From the NCBI GenBank assembly GCA_036721445.1, contig DAIMKZ010000001.1, positions 1,175-65,174 on the forward strand: 64,000 nucleotides of DNA, in the 5' to 3' direction. The notes beneath the pieces are model-generated. The model was given only the letters and a program-made list of their open reading frames with translations, was not told the DNA's origin and made no database searches. The translations under genes were made by a program, and so were the position numbers. The stretch is from Candidatus Delongbacteria bacterium. Its GTDB lineage: Bacteria; UBA4055. This document shows positions 18,545 to 28,659 of the stretch, piece after piece (within the stretch, counting starts at the first letter, position 1; each line of letters starts with the position of its first letter).

Positions 18545-20201
18545 AGTACCAGCTTCCGCTGTATAAACGCTGATGATCTTCTTCGGTAAGTATCTTCGGT
18601 TTGATGATCCTTGCGGGTATCACGGGATTTGCAGCTTTCCATTCCGCTTCCCTTTTCTTTCTTAAGAACCCGTCTGCCACGTTCGGGAACAGTTCCATGA
18701 GAAGCTCTTCCTTATAATCTACCGCAAGCTTCACCCAGCCGAATTCCTTCAATATAGGATTCGGCTGTTTTTTATATTGGCTCGTGTCATAAGGAATTTC
18801 TTCCGGACTGCCGCATATCTCTTCTCTGAAATCGGGATCCACCGGGAACGGAGTAGTTCCGTACTGGCCCATCACGAGGTTGACGAACTGGTTGGTGAGA
18901 GTCGTATACTGAGGCTTGCCGTTCTGTTCGTCCAGAGCGAGATTGACCGCCTGGGTGCCTACTATCTGGCTGGTCGGTGTAACAAGCGGCGGGCATCCGG
19001 AATCGAGCCTGCACTTGGGCACGAGATGGAGCGCTCTGTCCATCAGATGGTCCAGTTTCAGCTGCTTGAGCTGCGCGACCATGTTCGTGTACATACCTCC
19101 CGGGATCTCCGCGTTCTTGACCTGCTCGTTGGGTTCCGGGAAGTTGAAATATTTTGTTATAGCCTGAGTATGAACAAGCAGTTCATCCACATTGCCGCTT
19201 TCAGCCGCTGCTATCGCCTTGTCGTAAAGAGCGTCAACCTCAGGGTCAAGTTTATAATCTGCTATATCGAATTCTCTCGGTATCAGCTTTGTTGTATCGA
19301 ACTGCTCAAGCTCTTTTCTTATCTTGGCAAGCTCTTTATCTATCATGCTCACCTGCTTCGCGTCAACTCCGGTATCGATCCCGAGCTTATCGCAGAATAT
19401 CCTTACAAGCTCATAAGCCGGAGCCGCCGGACCTCCAGCGAAGTTATAAAGAACGGTATCGACTATGTCTACACCGTTAACGATAGCTATAAAAACCGAT
19501 GCCAGCCCGTAACCGGGCGTATCGTGTGTGTGAAGGTCGATAGGAATGCTCACCGATTTCTTGAGTTCTCTGATCAGTTCGCCTGTCATTTTCGGGTGAA
19601 TTAATCCTGCCATATCTTTGATTGTAATTATGCCTGCGCCTTCTTTTTCGAGTTCTTTTGCTTTTTCAACAAAATACTGGACATTGAAAATATCACTCGG
19701 TAATTTTTTTCTTTTGAAGAAAGCTTTAACCTTATCTTTGAAAGTGAACCTCGGATCGACGGTGAAACATACTGCGCAGTCAGTTATCCCGCCGTATTTT
19801 TTTACGAACTTAATCGTCGAGGTCATATTGTTTATATCATTCAACGCATCGAATATTCTGACTATGCTGAGTCCTGATTTTAGAGTTTCTTTTGTGAAAC
19901 CCTCAATAACTTCGTCGGGATAAGGCGCGTAACCGAAAAGATTTCTTCCTCTGGAAAGACTTGTCAGTTTTGTGCTGTCACCGACCGCCACCTTTATCTT
20001 TTCCAGCCTGTCCCACGGATTCTCACCCAGATATCTCATGATCGAATCAGGTACAGCCCCCCCCCATACTTCGCAGGCGTAAAATCCGGCTTTCGCGTAG
20101 AACGGAAGAACTCTGTCTACCTGCGCCTGGCTCATTCTTGTTGCGAACTGCGACTGCTGTCCGTCTCTCAGTGTCAGATCTCTTATTTTCAGTTGTCTCA
20201 T
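18543..20201 (-). CDS. oxaloacetate decarboxylase alpha / pyruvate carboxylase 5S-type carboxyltransferase subunit (no biotinyl domain)
   Basis: 'LRDGQQS' and 'EVWGGAVPDS' HMGL-like TIM barrel with C-terminal dimerisation region. No 'AMKM' biotin attachment motif. Confidence 0.75.
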   Translation of the reverse strand: MRQLKIRDLTLRDGQQSQFATRMSQAQVDRVLPFYAKAGFYACEVWGGAVPDSIMRYLGENPWDRLEKIKVAVGDSTKLTSLSRGRNLFGYAPYPDEVIEGFTKETLKSGLSIVRIFDALNDINNMTSTIKFVKKYGGITDCAVCFTVDPRFTFKDKVKAFFKRKKLPSDIFNVQYFVEKAKELEKEGAGIITIKDMAGLIHPKMTGELIRELKKSVSIPIDLHTHDTPGYGLASVFIAIVNGVDIVDTVLYNFAGGPAAPAYELVRIFCDKLGIDTGVDAKQVSMIDKELAKIRKELEQFDTTKLIPREFDIADYKLDPEVDALYDKAIAAAESGNVDELLVHTQAITKYFNFPEPNEQVKNAEIPGGMYTNMVAQLKQLKLDHLMDRALHLVPKCRLDSGCPPLVTPTSQIVGTQAVNLALDEQNGKPQYTTLTNQFVNLVMGQYGTTPFPVDPDFREEICGSPEEIPYDTSQYKKQPNPILKEFGWVKLAVDYKEELLMELFPNVADGFLRKKREAEWKAANPVIPARIIKPKILTEEDHQRLYSGSWY

Positions 20202-20305
20202 GTGTTCCCTTTACTGATTTTTTTACCGAATTTATCTAAAAATATAAGTTTATGCAATAATTTATTATTGAAAAATTTTAATGTATATGTTGAAAATCAT
20301 CAGAT

Positions 20306-23300
20306 TTACTTTATCATTATCATTTTCTTGGTCTGAGCATCTTTCCCGACCCTTAAAGTATAATAATAAACGCCGCTCGTCAGCCTCGAACCGTCAAAAT
20401 CTATGCTGTGACTTCCAGCCTGTATCTTCCTGTTCTCCAACTCAGCCACTTTCCTTCCCGTAACATCATACACTGTAAGCGAAACATAACCATCTTCAGC
20501 CAGGTCGTACTCGATCTTAGTCACCGGATTGAACGGATTAGGATAGTTCTGATATAATTTTGATGATTGGGGAATACCATAGTGATCATCAATTCCTGCA
20601 GGGATACCGATAACAGACCTGAAATGATAATTATCATTAGTTTCCTGTGCCCAGTTCCAGTCAGATCCGTTCCATGTCCCCTTGTACGATCTTCCATAAG
20701 CCGTGGTACCTTCTTCATCCGCTGCTTCGAAAACTGAATAAACAGTACCGTAAGGAGCAGAAAAACCAACCCAGAAATCACCGACAACACGAACCCCGTA
20801 TGATGTGTCGATTCCCCTAAGATCAACTAAAGTATATTCCAGATTATTGGCAGGAGTAACATCGAAAGGAACGATCATCTCATCACCGGGCATTCCTCCT
20901 GCATCATCCCAGATATGGATCATCATATTTTCAGAAATGTGCGAAACATCAGAATAATTCCGTACGAGAAAATAAGGCATATAAAATATCAACTTACTTC
21001 CAGGTGTTGACATCCTTACCGCATAAGCATTATTGTCATCCGCTGTCATGTAATAGCTTCCGATTCCCGAGTCATAAATAAGATGATCCCCTGATATATA
21101 GTAATAATAGCCTGCTGAACTTTCCATTTTGTATATAGATGCATCCCTCGCCCATATCCAGTACTTTACAAATGATCCCACTGGCATTGGAGGTATTGAA
21201 AAATTCCATGTATTGCCTTCAACCTTTATCATTTCTGTTTCTTCTACAGGACCGTCGTTAACCTGATAGTAAACTCGTGTTGAATCAATTCCTGAAACAT
21301 CCCATATACTTGCAGAACTGTTGTAAGTTTGCTCATACGAAGGTCCCCGGTAATGAACCGGTCCAATATGATGAATATAAGGGGGGGCCGGTCTTTCTGA
21401 AGTATATAAATTGAGCGTAATATCATCAATATACATACCGTTGACCTCGTAACCTCCGTCAGATTCGAATAAAAATCTGAAAGCAACAGGGCTGTAAGAA
21501 CCGACAAAATTATCTAGATTAAACTTCACTTCATGCCAGCCGACTCCTTCTCCTGTCCATGTTTTCAGTCTGATCCAGGATGTACCTCCGTCATCTGATA
21601 TTTCAAAATGCATGTAATCGAAATCTTCCTCTATATCGTATTTGCACCAGAAGCTCAGATCTGCCCCTAAATATGACGACCAGTCCATAAGCTCAGCCCA
21701 CTGGGCGTAAGATGTATTGTCGGCAGTATAGACGCTGTCAGGACTTTCAGTTAAAGAATGTGTTGCCGAAGTATATGTTCCTTCTTCAAGCCCCCAGTTC
21801 CCTGTCAGTGTCCAGTTACCGGAACCTGATTCGAAATCTTCGAATATCTCAGTATGTCCTCCAAGCCATTGAACCATATAGCTGTCAGTATTTAAAATAT
21901 TTCCTGCCGAATCTCTTATCGTAAACTTTACTTCCCCGTCCAGAACAGCTTCACTCTCCGCAGGTATAATTCCCGAATAAGTATATTCATGGATCTTGGA
22001 AGGGGTCATCTCGAAATCATACTGAGTTACCCAACCGTCCTTGCTGTAGTGTCCGTTACATGAATCTATCGGAGATTCGTCATAAAAAGTCAGAGTCAGA
22101 TACATAGGTGTGTTAACGAAAGCTATTGTACCTTCCAGTTTGGGAGGAGGAGGTGGTGGATCATGATCTTCTTTGAACCAAATCTCATACGGAGCTGTCG
22201 TGGCTGAATTTCCTCCGATATCATACATATCGAACCAGATCTCACCGGCAGTTTCAGCTAACTCGGCAGGAATAGACAGAGTCCAGACATTTTCTCCGGC
22301 ATATACCATATCGGCATCAGCCGGCTCGAACCAGTAAGGGAACTGATAATGAGCTTTGACTGAATCAACTCCCGATTCGTCTGTAACAGTTAGCTCAAGC
22401 TCCATATCGTTGTTCAGATACGCTCCGATAATACCCTGAAGGAAAAGCCAGTCATTCCCTTTGAGCTGAAGCGGGACAGGCGGCAGATAGTCATAATATA
22501 CTTTAACATCGTCTATGAACCACTGGTCACAATAGTTGCCCTGATAATAGAATCCTATCTGAATATCCTGATCTGCGTATTCTTTTAGAGTGAACTTCTT
22601 CTGCTCCCACGGACTGAAGTCGGGCTCTTCTTCAGGAGGGAAACCCTCATAAAGAACATCGTACGTACTGCCGCCGTCAGTTGAAACGACCATTCTGTGC
22701 AGTTCGTAATATGAAGTCCAGTATGAGCTCTGCCAGAAAGAAACGGTACAGAAATTTGCTGCAGGTAGTGATATCACAGGTGACCATATCCAGTCTGCGT
22801 TGTTAACTTCAGTATCCCAGTGGCATAAAACGGCTCCGCCAGAATGAACAAGAGCACCGTCCATAGTTGTCGCTTTAACAAATCCTGAACCTGCAGTATC
22901 CTGAACCCATCCTGCAGGCGGAAAAGTATCTTCAAAGCCTTCGTTGAGCAGAGGCAGGTCTCTTGACCAATTAATCTCGTACTCGTCAGACCATTGAGCG
23001 TTTCCGTAATTGTCTTCCATATAGAATTTTACTAGACCTGTTGTTCCGTGAGGCTGCCCGGGTATTATTCCTGCAAATGTGTAGGTTCCCTTTGACTGAA
23101 CAAGATTAAAGTCAACCCAGCCTCCGCCAATATCATACTGTCCGAGCATAGGGGAAATAACAGTACTCTGTTCTTGAACTTTTAGTATAAGTTCTGCGTC
23201 TCTATCTTCAAAGTTTTCAAGACCGGCTATTTCTCTTAAAATAGGTGGAAATATTTCAGTAGTATTCTCATAATGTGAAAGTGCGAAATCTATAGCCCAT

Positions 23301-23824
23301 TCGAAATAATCTCCGCTGTCCTCAAATACACTCCAAGTTCCTGCGGAACCAGTATAGCTGTGCGTCAATGAAACTACATCAGATGACACCAGTCTTGGAT
23401 TCCCGCCGCTTAGAGGTTCTACGGATACCCAGAAATCATCAGTGAGAATAATATCCGAATCCGGATAAACAATATTGTAAAAGTCATCAGCCGCTGTTCC
23501 GGCTGCCGATTCCCAAAGTAAAGTTATTCCATCTTTGGCGTACACTCTGTATTTGAAGTCGAAACCCGGATCATACAGATAGGAATCTATGGCATGAAGC
23601 TGAACCGGATATTCAAGATCGAAATCATCACAGTTAACCTTTACGGCTCTCTCGGCTTCAACACCCCATACATAAGCATATCCGGGATAGTAGCCGTACC
23701 ACATTGTGTCTTTTGCCGCGATTTCAGGCCTGATATGAGATATTTTTTCTTTTGTACCGTACCATTCAAATGAATGAACGGCCGATAAGATCAATACCAA
23801 TAATAAAAACATCAGCCTTCTCAT
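20306..23824 (-). CDS. large secreted protein with T9SS (Por) C-terminal sorting domain
   Basis: Signal peptide, 1172 aa, internal poly-Pro linker 'DHDPPPPPPK'. C-terminus 'YQNYPNPFNPVTKIEYDL...GVYYYTLRVG' matches the T9SS CTD consensus. Confidence 0.7.
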   Translation of the reverse strand: MRRLMFLLLVLILSAVHSFEWYGTKEKISHIRPEIAAKDTMWYGYYPGYAYVWGVEAERAVKVNCDDFDLEYPVQLHAIDSYLYDPGFDFKYRVYAKDGITLLWESAAGTAADDFYNIVYPDSDIILTDDFWVSVEPLSGGNPRLVSSDVVSLTHSYTGSAGTWSVFEDSGDYFEWAIDFALSHYENTTEIFPPILREIAGLENFEDRDAELILKVQEQSTVISPMLGQYDIGGGWVDFNLVQSKGTYTFAGIIPGQPHGTTGLVKFYMEDNYGNAQWSDEYEINWSRDLPLLNEGFEDTFPPAGWVQDTAGSGFVKATTMDGALVHSGGAVLCHWDTEVNNADWIWSPVISLPAANFCTVSFWQSSYWTSYYELHRMVVSTDGGSTYDVLYEGFPPEEEPDFSPWEQKKFTLKEYADQDIQIGFYYQGNYCDQWFIDDVKVYYDYLPPVPLQLKGNDWLFLQGIIGAYLNNDMELELTVTDESGVDSVKAHYQFPYWFEPADADMVYAGENVWTLSIPAELAETAGEIWFDMYDIGGNSATTAPYEIWFKEDHDPPPPPPKLEGTIAFVNTPMYLTLTFYDESPIDSCNGHYSKDGWVTQYDFEMTPSKIHEYTYSGIIPAESEAVLDGEVKFTIRDSAGNILNTDSYMVQWLGGHTEIFEDFESGSGNWTLTGNWGLEEGTYTSATHSLTESPDSVYTADNTSYAQWAELMDWSSYLGADLSFWCKYDIEEDFDYMHFEISDDGGTSWIRLKTWTGEGVGWHEVKFNLDNFVGSYSPVAFRFLFESDGGYEVNGMYIDDITLNLYTSERPAPPYIHHIGPVHYRGPSYEQTYNSSASIWDVSGIDSTRVYYQVNDGPVEETEMIKVEGNTWNFSIPPMPVGSFVKYWIWARDASIYKMESSAGYYYYISGDHLIYDSGIGSYYMTADDNNAYAVRMSTPGSKLIFYMPYFLVRNYSDVSHISENMMIHIWDDAGGMPGDEMIVPFDVTPANNLEYTLVDLRGIDTSYGVRVVGDFWVGFSAPYGTVYSVFEAADEEGTTAYGRSYKGTWNGSDWNWAQETNDNYHFRSVIGIPAGIDDHYGIPQSSKLYQNYPNPFNPVTKIEYDLAEDGYVSLTVYDVTGRKVAELENRKIQAGSHSIDFDGSRLTSGVYYYTLRVGKDAQTKKMIMIK

Positions 23825-23960
23825 AACTCACCTCTGCCAATTAATTTTAACTATTTGGTTTCAATATAATACAGTTTAGCGTTTCCGCAAAGATAAAAAA
23901 AATATATTTTTATCGGCGATTTTTTTATTATCTTTAATCCTGTGTAAATTCAGGAACGAA

Positions 23961-24563
23961 ATGAAAATACTGCTGCTGGACAATTACGACTCTTTTACCT
24001 ACAATCTCAAGGCTCAGCTCGAACGGTGCTCTTATGGTTCCGAAGTGACGGTAAAAAGAAACAGAGATGCTTCGGTATTCGGTCAGGAACTAGACTGTCT
24101 TGTCGTATCTCCCGGACCGATGACGTGGAGAGAAACTGGTGTGCTGAAGGAACTTTTCGTAAAGCGTATCGTGCCTGAAAAGATCCCGTACCTGGGAATA
24201 TGCCTCGGAATGCAGTTTCTGGCTGGATATTACGGGCTCAAAGTTGACAGAATAAGTAATCCTGTTCACGGTTCGGCAGTTGAAATAATACACGACGGCG
24301 GCAGGCTTTTTAAGAACATTCCCGTTACTTTTACAGCCGCAAGATACAACTCACTGGGAATAGTCAGCATTGGGCCGGGAATAAAAGAAATGAACGGACT
24401 TGCTTTCACATCGTACGAGAAAAAGACAGGAAATGTAATGTCTCTTGAGCACAAAGAACTCCCTTTTGCCGGATTCCAGTTCCACACGGAAAGCTTTCTT
24501 ACGAATTCGGGAGACGGACTTATATCAAATTTCATGGAATTATACTGTGAAGATCGGTCTTAA
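23961..24563 (+). CDS. pabA: aminodeoxychorismate/anthranilate synthase glutamine amidotransferase component II
   Basis: GATase1 'GICLGMQ' Cys and 'FQFHTES' His-Glu. Followed by pabB and pabC. Confidence 0.75.
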   Translation: MKILLLDNYDSFTYNLKAQLERCSYGSEVTVKRNRDASVFGQELDCLVVSPGPMTWRETGVLKELFVKRIVPEKIPYLGICLGMQFLAGYYGLKVDRISNPVHGSAVEIIHDGGRLFKNIPVTFTAARYNSLGIVSIGPGIKEMNGLAFTSYEKKTGNVMSLEHKELPFAGFQFHTESFLTNSGDGLISNFMELYCEDRS

Positions 24564-25857
24564 TTCACATACTCAAAAGATCTCATGGGACTTCGAACTG
24601 CTTTTTACTCTCGTTGAAAAATACGACGGAGCCTGTCTCTTCACTTCCACAGATGACAGAAGTTACGGAAAGAATATCTTAGGCATCAACCCCGTAATGA
24701 CTTTCAATGATATATTTTCTCTAGATAGCTTCCTAAAAGAGAACATATCTAACTCTGAATTTCCTCTCGTGATCGGACACATAGCTTATGATCACAAAGA
24801 CCGGCTTGAAGAGAAAGGACTGTTCGGGAATGTGCACGAAGATCTGATGCCTGAGGTAGAATTCAGAGTCTTCGAATATTACATTATTGCCGACAATTCC
24901 GACCATTCTGTACTGAGAACCGTAAAACTGGATCTTCCGTTCAAATATATAGCCGTTGATCCGGATAAAATCTTTAATCATTCCGCTGAAGAATTAAAAG
25001 GCGGCAGCTCTAAATATCACAGTAGTTCATTAACTAGGTTCGAATTCGAAAAAAATGTGGAAAAGATCAGAGATTATATTCTTTCCGGTGATATATATCA
25101 GGCCAATCTGACCAGGAAGATCACGGCGGAGACCACATTTTCTCCGTTTGAACTGGCCCTGAGGCTGAAAGATTCCAATTCGATCGAATTCGGTGTCTTT
25201 GCAAAATCCGGCGAAAACTATGTGATATCTACAAGCCCGGAAAGATTCATGAAGATCGAAAACTCAATACTTACATCCTCACCTATAAAAGGAACCGCTC
25301 CGAGGTCAGATGATGCTGAAACTGACCTTTATAATCTGGAGACGCTTTTAAACTCAAAAAAAGAACTCGCCGAACTGGCAATGATAGTGGATCTTATCAG
25401 GAACGATATGAATAAGATATGCACTGAAGTTAAAGTTGAAAATTTTCCGATAGTTATGAGACTGAAAAATGTCTATCATCTTTATTCTGACATTTCGGGC
25501 AGGCTCCGCACCTCCAGTTTTTCTGAGATCACAAGGGCATTGTTCCCCGGAGGCTCTATCTCAGGCTGTCCTAAAATACGGGCATGTCAGATAATAGAGG
25601 AGCTTGAAAAGACCGGAAGAGGACTTTACACCGGAAATTTCGGTTATATCAGCTTTAACGGAAATATGGATTTCAATATAATGATACGCACGCTGTTCTA
25701 TAATAAAGGCAGCATTTCATTCAATGCCGGCGGCGGAATAACTCTTCTTTCTGATCCGGAAAGCGAGTTCATAGAGACCGTGCACAAGGCAAAAAACATC
25801 TGCAGCGCAATCGATCTGGAGGAAGTATGGGAAGAAAAATCCTTCTTGACGGAGTGA
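24547..25857 (+). CDS. pabB: aminodeoxychorismate synthase component I (chorismate-binding enzyme)
   Basis: 'GDIYQANLTRK', 'PGGSISGCPK' and 'GLYTGNFGYIS' chorismate-binding motifs. The ORF-track start (24445) overlaps pabA by 119 nt. The first in-frame candidate that couples to the pabA stop is the GTG at 24547, so the start is uncertain. Confidence 0.65.
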   Translation: MKIGLNSHTQKISWDFELLFTLVEKYDGACLFTSTDDRSYGKNILGINPVMTFNDIFSLDSFLKENISNSEFPLVIGHIAYDHKDRLEEKGLFGNVHEDLMPEVEFRVFEYYIIADNSDHSVLRTVKLDLPFKYIAVDPDKIFNHSAEELKGGSSKYHSSSLTRFEFEKNVEKIRDYILSGDIYQANLTRKITAETTFSPFELALRLKDSNSIEFGVFAKSGENYVISTSPERFMKIENSILTSSPIKGTAPRSDDAETDLYNLETLLNSKKELAELAMIVDLIRNDMNKICTEVKVENFPIVMRLKNVYHLYSDISGRLRTSSFSEITRALFPGGSISGCPKIRACQIIEELEKTGRGLYTGNFGYISFNGNMDFNIMIRTLFYNKGSISFNAGGGITLLSDPESEFIETVHKAKNICSAIDLEEVWEEKSFLTE

Positions 25858-26636
25858 TCAAATATAAAGACAGCGTAAATATACGACCCGACTCGCACGC
25901 CCTGAATTTCGGTACGGGACTGTTCGAAACCGTACTTTATGATAAAAACCGGCTGTTCTTTTTTAACGATCACATTGAAAGATTAAGATCATCTAGCGAA
26001 GAACTGCATCTGCCGCTTCCGCGCTTCGGCCATGTACCTGAAAATCATATAAAAGAACTTATCTCGCAAAATGGTATTACAGACAGTACCGCCCGTGTCA
26101 AGATACTGTATGCTCCTTTGTTCGACGAAGAAAAATGGAATCTGCTCGTCACGGTATCAGATTACGAAAGAACTGCCGTTCCTGTTACAGCGACCGTTGA
26201 TTTAAGAGTAAAGGAAAATTATTTAAGCCGATTCAAAACAATATCATATATGCAAAACAGGATATGTTCAAAGAACAGCACCGTAAATGAAGAAACGCTT
26301 TTCGTTAACGGATCCGGGCATATTACCGAGGGTTCAAGATCGAATCTGATCGGTGTAAAGAATAATGTCCTGTATTTTACCGGAACGGAAGAATATTACC
26401 TTCAGGGGATAATGCAGAAAAATATCATCAGAGATCACAAAAAAATCGGATTCATTGAAGCTATCGCCCTTAACGGCGGATTTTCTCCCGATAACCTCGG
26501 TTCGTACGATGAGATAATGATCACCAACAGTCTCATTATAGCTAAGCCCGTTGAAGCTGTCGAGTACGGAAATATAAAATATCCTTTCAGTTCTAGAAAA
26601 CACACGGATTATATCTTAGATTTCTACACAAAATAA
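25827..26636 (+). CDS. pabC: aminodeoxychorismate lyase / class IV aminotransferase fold
   Basis: Class IV PLP fold-sized at about 270 aa, directly downstream of pabAB with a 31-nt overlap. Confidence 0.6.
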   Translation: MGRKILLDGVIKYKDSVNIRPDSHALNFGTGLFETVLYDKNRLFFFNDHIERLRSSSEELHLPLPRFGHVPENHIKELISQNGITDSTARVKILYAPLFDEEKWNLLVTVSDYERTAVPVTATVDLRVKENYLSRFKTISYMQNRICSKNSTVNEETLFVNGSGHITEGSRSNLIGVKNNVLYFTGTEEYYLQGIMQKNIIRDHKKIGFIEAIALNGGFSPDNLGSYDEIMITNSLIIAKPVEAVEYGNIKYPFSSRKHTDYILDFYTK

Positions 26637-26641
26637 AAAAA

Positions 26642-26657
26642 GCCCGGATAACCGGGC
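26642..26657 (-). terminator. rho-independent terminator (oriented for the minus-strand lipoprotein gene)
   Basis: GCCCGG-ataa-CCGGGC, followed on the minus strand by T7-A-T4. On the plus strand it is followed by an A-rich rather than U-rich tract. Confidence 0.45.
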
Positions 26658-26667
26658 ATTAAAAAAG

Positions 26668-26895
26668 CTACTCACTTATCGCAGGCTCAACAGAACCCTG
26701 AACTATCTCCCTGATCATTTCATATTTGACCATGATAGAGTCTCTTTCCAAGATAACCTTCTTGATCTGCGTTTCAAGACCGGCCTTTTCGGCTCTTAGA
26801 TTTGCGTTTTCAAGTTTAAGCCTGTTCAGCTCCTCCTTAGAACAGCCTGCCAAAAATATAGATCCTGCGATGAGAACAAACAATATTTTTTTCAT
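26668..26895 (-). CDS. small lipoprotein with coiled-coil
   Basis: Signal peptide plus lipobox 'LAGC'. Heptad-like 'LNRLKLENANLRAEKAGLETQIKK'. Confidence 0.5.
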   Translation of the reverse strand: MKKILFVLIAGSIFLAGCSKEELNRLKLENANLRAEKAGLETQIKKVILERDSIMVKYEMIREIVQGSVEPAISE

Positions 26896-26964
26896 TAATT
26901 CCTCCGTCCCTCAAAATTATCAGTGTATTATACAACAATAAAATTAAATGTCAAGCTGAAAGTT

Positions 26965-28095
26965 CTATTCTGCGGTCACTTTATAATTCACTCCCCTCTC
27001 TTTAAGATACTTCATCATCGACCTGAAGCAGGCTTCGTCTTTTCCTAAATATTCAGCGGGGCTCAAACCTGTTTTTTTATACAAACCCTTCGCGAGAAGA
27101 TCCACTGCCGCCGTACATGAATATCCGGTCGTTCTGGCCATTGAGGATGTTTTTGTTTTTCTGCAGAACCTGTCATGAAGATCGTAAGTATATTTTACTT
27201 TTTTACCTTTCTCTTCACCTTCTACGATTACTCTCATTATCGTGAATTCATCCTCGAACCTGCCGAGTTTCCAGTTCGAGTCGGTAAAAAGAACTTTCTC
27301 GGTCATTTGAAGGGGCGAAACGGATGTGCCGTTTATGGTGACAGGCTCTTTTGAGAAAAATCCCGACTCTCTCAATATTCTTACTTTCTCAATATATCCG
27401 GGATATCTCATGGTTTTTTCTTTAAGATTCGGAATTTCAGGAAAATTCTTCAGGATCGATCTCAAGCCGTCCGAGTTCCATGCCTCGAGAGTGCCAACAT
27501 CTTCAAATTCCAGAAGTTCAGGATCGGAAAGCGCTTCTTTTGTTACAAGCACGCCGTACTCTTTGTATCTGGCAGGCCGCACATACTCCTCGATCACATC
27601 ACAAGGTGAGAACGGTGCCTTATACTCCCACGGCCAGGTCCTCTGAGCCGGAAGACCGCCGACAAGACAGAGATATGAAGATACTTTCATCCTTTCGTTA
27701 TGGTATCCCAGAATAACATTGCACATACCCGGAGCTACGCCAATGTCGGTAACGGCGGTAACGGTATGTTTCTTTGCAAGTTTATCCAGAGGAGAAGAGT
27801 CTTCCGGAAAAAATGCTATATCCACAACATTTTTCCCGCATTCGATCACGGTTCTGACTGTTTCATAACCCATGAATCCCGGCACAGCATCGACGACTAT
27901 ATCGGAGTCTGCTATAAGCTTGCTGAGTTCTGCTTTATCACGCAGATCAGCTACCGAGGTTTTTATGCCGTCCTCTTTTTTAAGTATATCAAGCGCCGGT
28001 CTATTAATGTCGGCCACTTTCACAACATATTTACCGTTCAGATCACGGGCTATAGCGCTGCCGACCATCCCGGCGCCCAGTACAGTTATTATCAT
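26965..28095 (-). CDS. saccharopine dehydrogenase family NAD(P)-binding protein
   Basis: N-terminal Rossmann 'VLGAGMVGSAIARDL', about 376 aa, typical of the saccharopine/carboxynorspermidine dehydrogenase family. Confidence 0.65.
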   Translation of the reverse strand: MIITVLGAGMVGSAIARDLNGKYVVKVADINRPALDILKKEDGIKTSVADLRDKAELSKLIADSDIVVDAVPGFMGYETVRTVIECGKNVVDIAFFPEDSSPLDKLAKKHTVTAVTDIGVAPGMCNVILGYHNERMKVSSYLCLVGGLPAQRTWPWEYKAPFSPCDVIEEYVRPARYKEYGVLVTKEALSDPELLEFEDVGTLEAWNSDGLRSILKNFPEIPNLKEKTMRYPGYIEKVRILRESGFFSKEPVTINGTSVSPLQMTEKVLFTDSNWKLGRFEDEFTIMRVIVEGEEKGKKVKYTYDLHDRFCRKTKTSSMARTTGYSCTAAVDLLAKGLYKKTGLSPAEYLGKDEACFRSMMKYLKERGVNYKVTAE

Positions 28096-28104
28096 TGAAC
28101 TCTC

Positions 28105-28641
28105 CTATTTGCTGAGTACAAATTTACTTGTTATAAGGTAACCGTTCTTAAGCGTGTCGGGATCTGAAGAAGCGCCCTGTTCATAAATATATCCTTCGAA
28201 TTTCGCTTCAATAATTTCTTCAGGCACAAGGCGGAGTACTTTTATAAAGGTCTGTCCGGCATTCCCGCTCGTATTCCATATATAATAATCCCCGTACTCA
28301 GCTGATTTCATTTCTATTTTGTTCACGGGATCGTCGCTGATGTAAACGATAGAGTCCTCATCTGTTCCGTCCCACCTGAATTTTACAGTCCATTTGTCTT
28401 CTGAAGTAGTCTCTGCCGAAAATGTATAAGTATTTCCATACTGATATAGACATTCCACATAACTTCTGGCAGTAAAACTCTTCACCGATTCTATTCCGTC
28501 AGGATTGTTAACCGGGTTTTGTGCCAGATCGATCATGAGTCCGTTCGTGAATTCAGGCGGGTCATTATTCTCTTCCTCGCATGAAGTAATAAACATTACG
28601 GCAATGATCCCGACTGCTGCCAGACTAATAATTTTTTTCAT
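28105..28641 (-). CDS. lipoprotein, function unknown
   Basis: Signal peptide plus lipobox 'ITSC'. Confidence 0.45.
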   Translation of the reverse strand: MKKIISLAAVGIIAVMFITSCEEENNDPPEFTNGLMIDLAQNPVNNPDGIESVKSFTARSYVECLYQYGNTYTFSAETTSEDKWTVKFRWDGTDEDSIVYISDDPVNKIEMKSAEYGDYYIWNTSGNAGQTFIKVLRLVPEEIIEAKFEGYIYEQGASSDPDTLKNGYLITSKFVLSK

Positions 28642-28659
28642 AACGGCCTCCGTTTGTAT

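Noticed and set aside
20056-20064. C9/G9 homopolymer inside the carboxyltransferase gene as a phase-variation switch.
   Set aside because: It is in frame and encodes the conserved W-G-G of the EVWGGA motif. A core metabolic gene is an unlikely phase-variable target. It does remain a possible sequencing-error hotspot.
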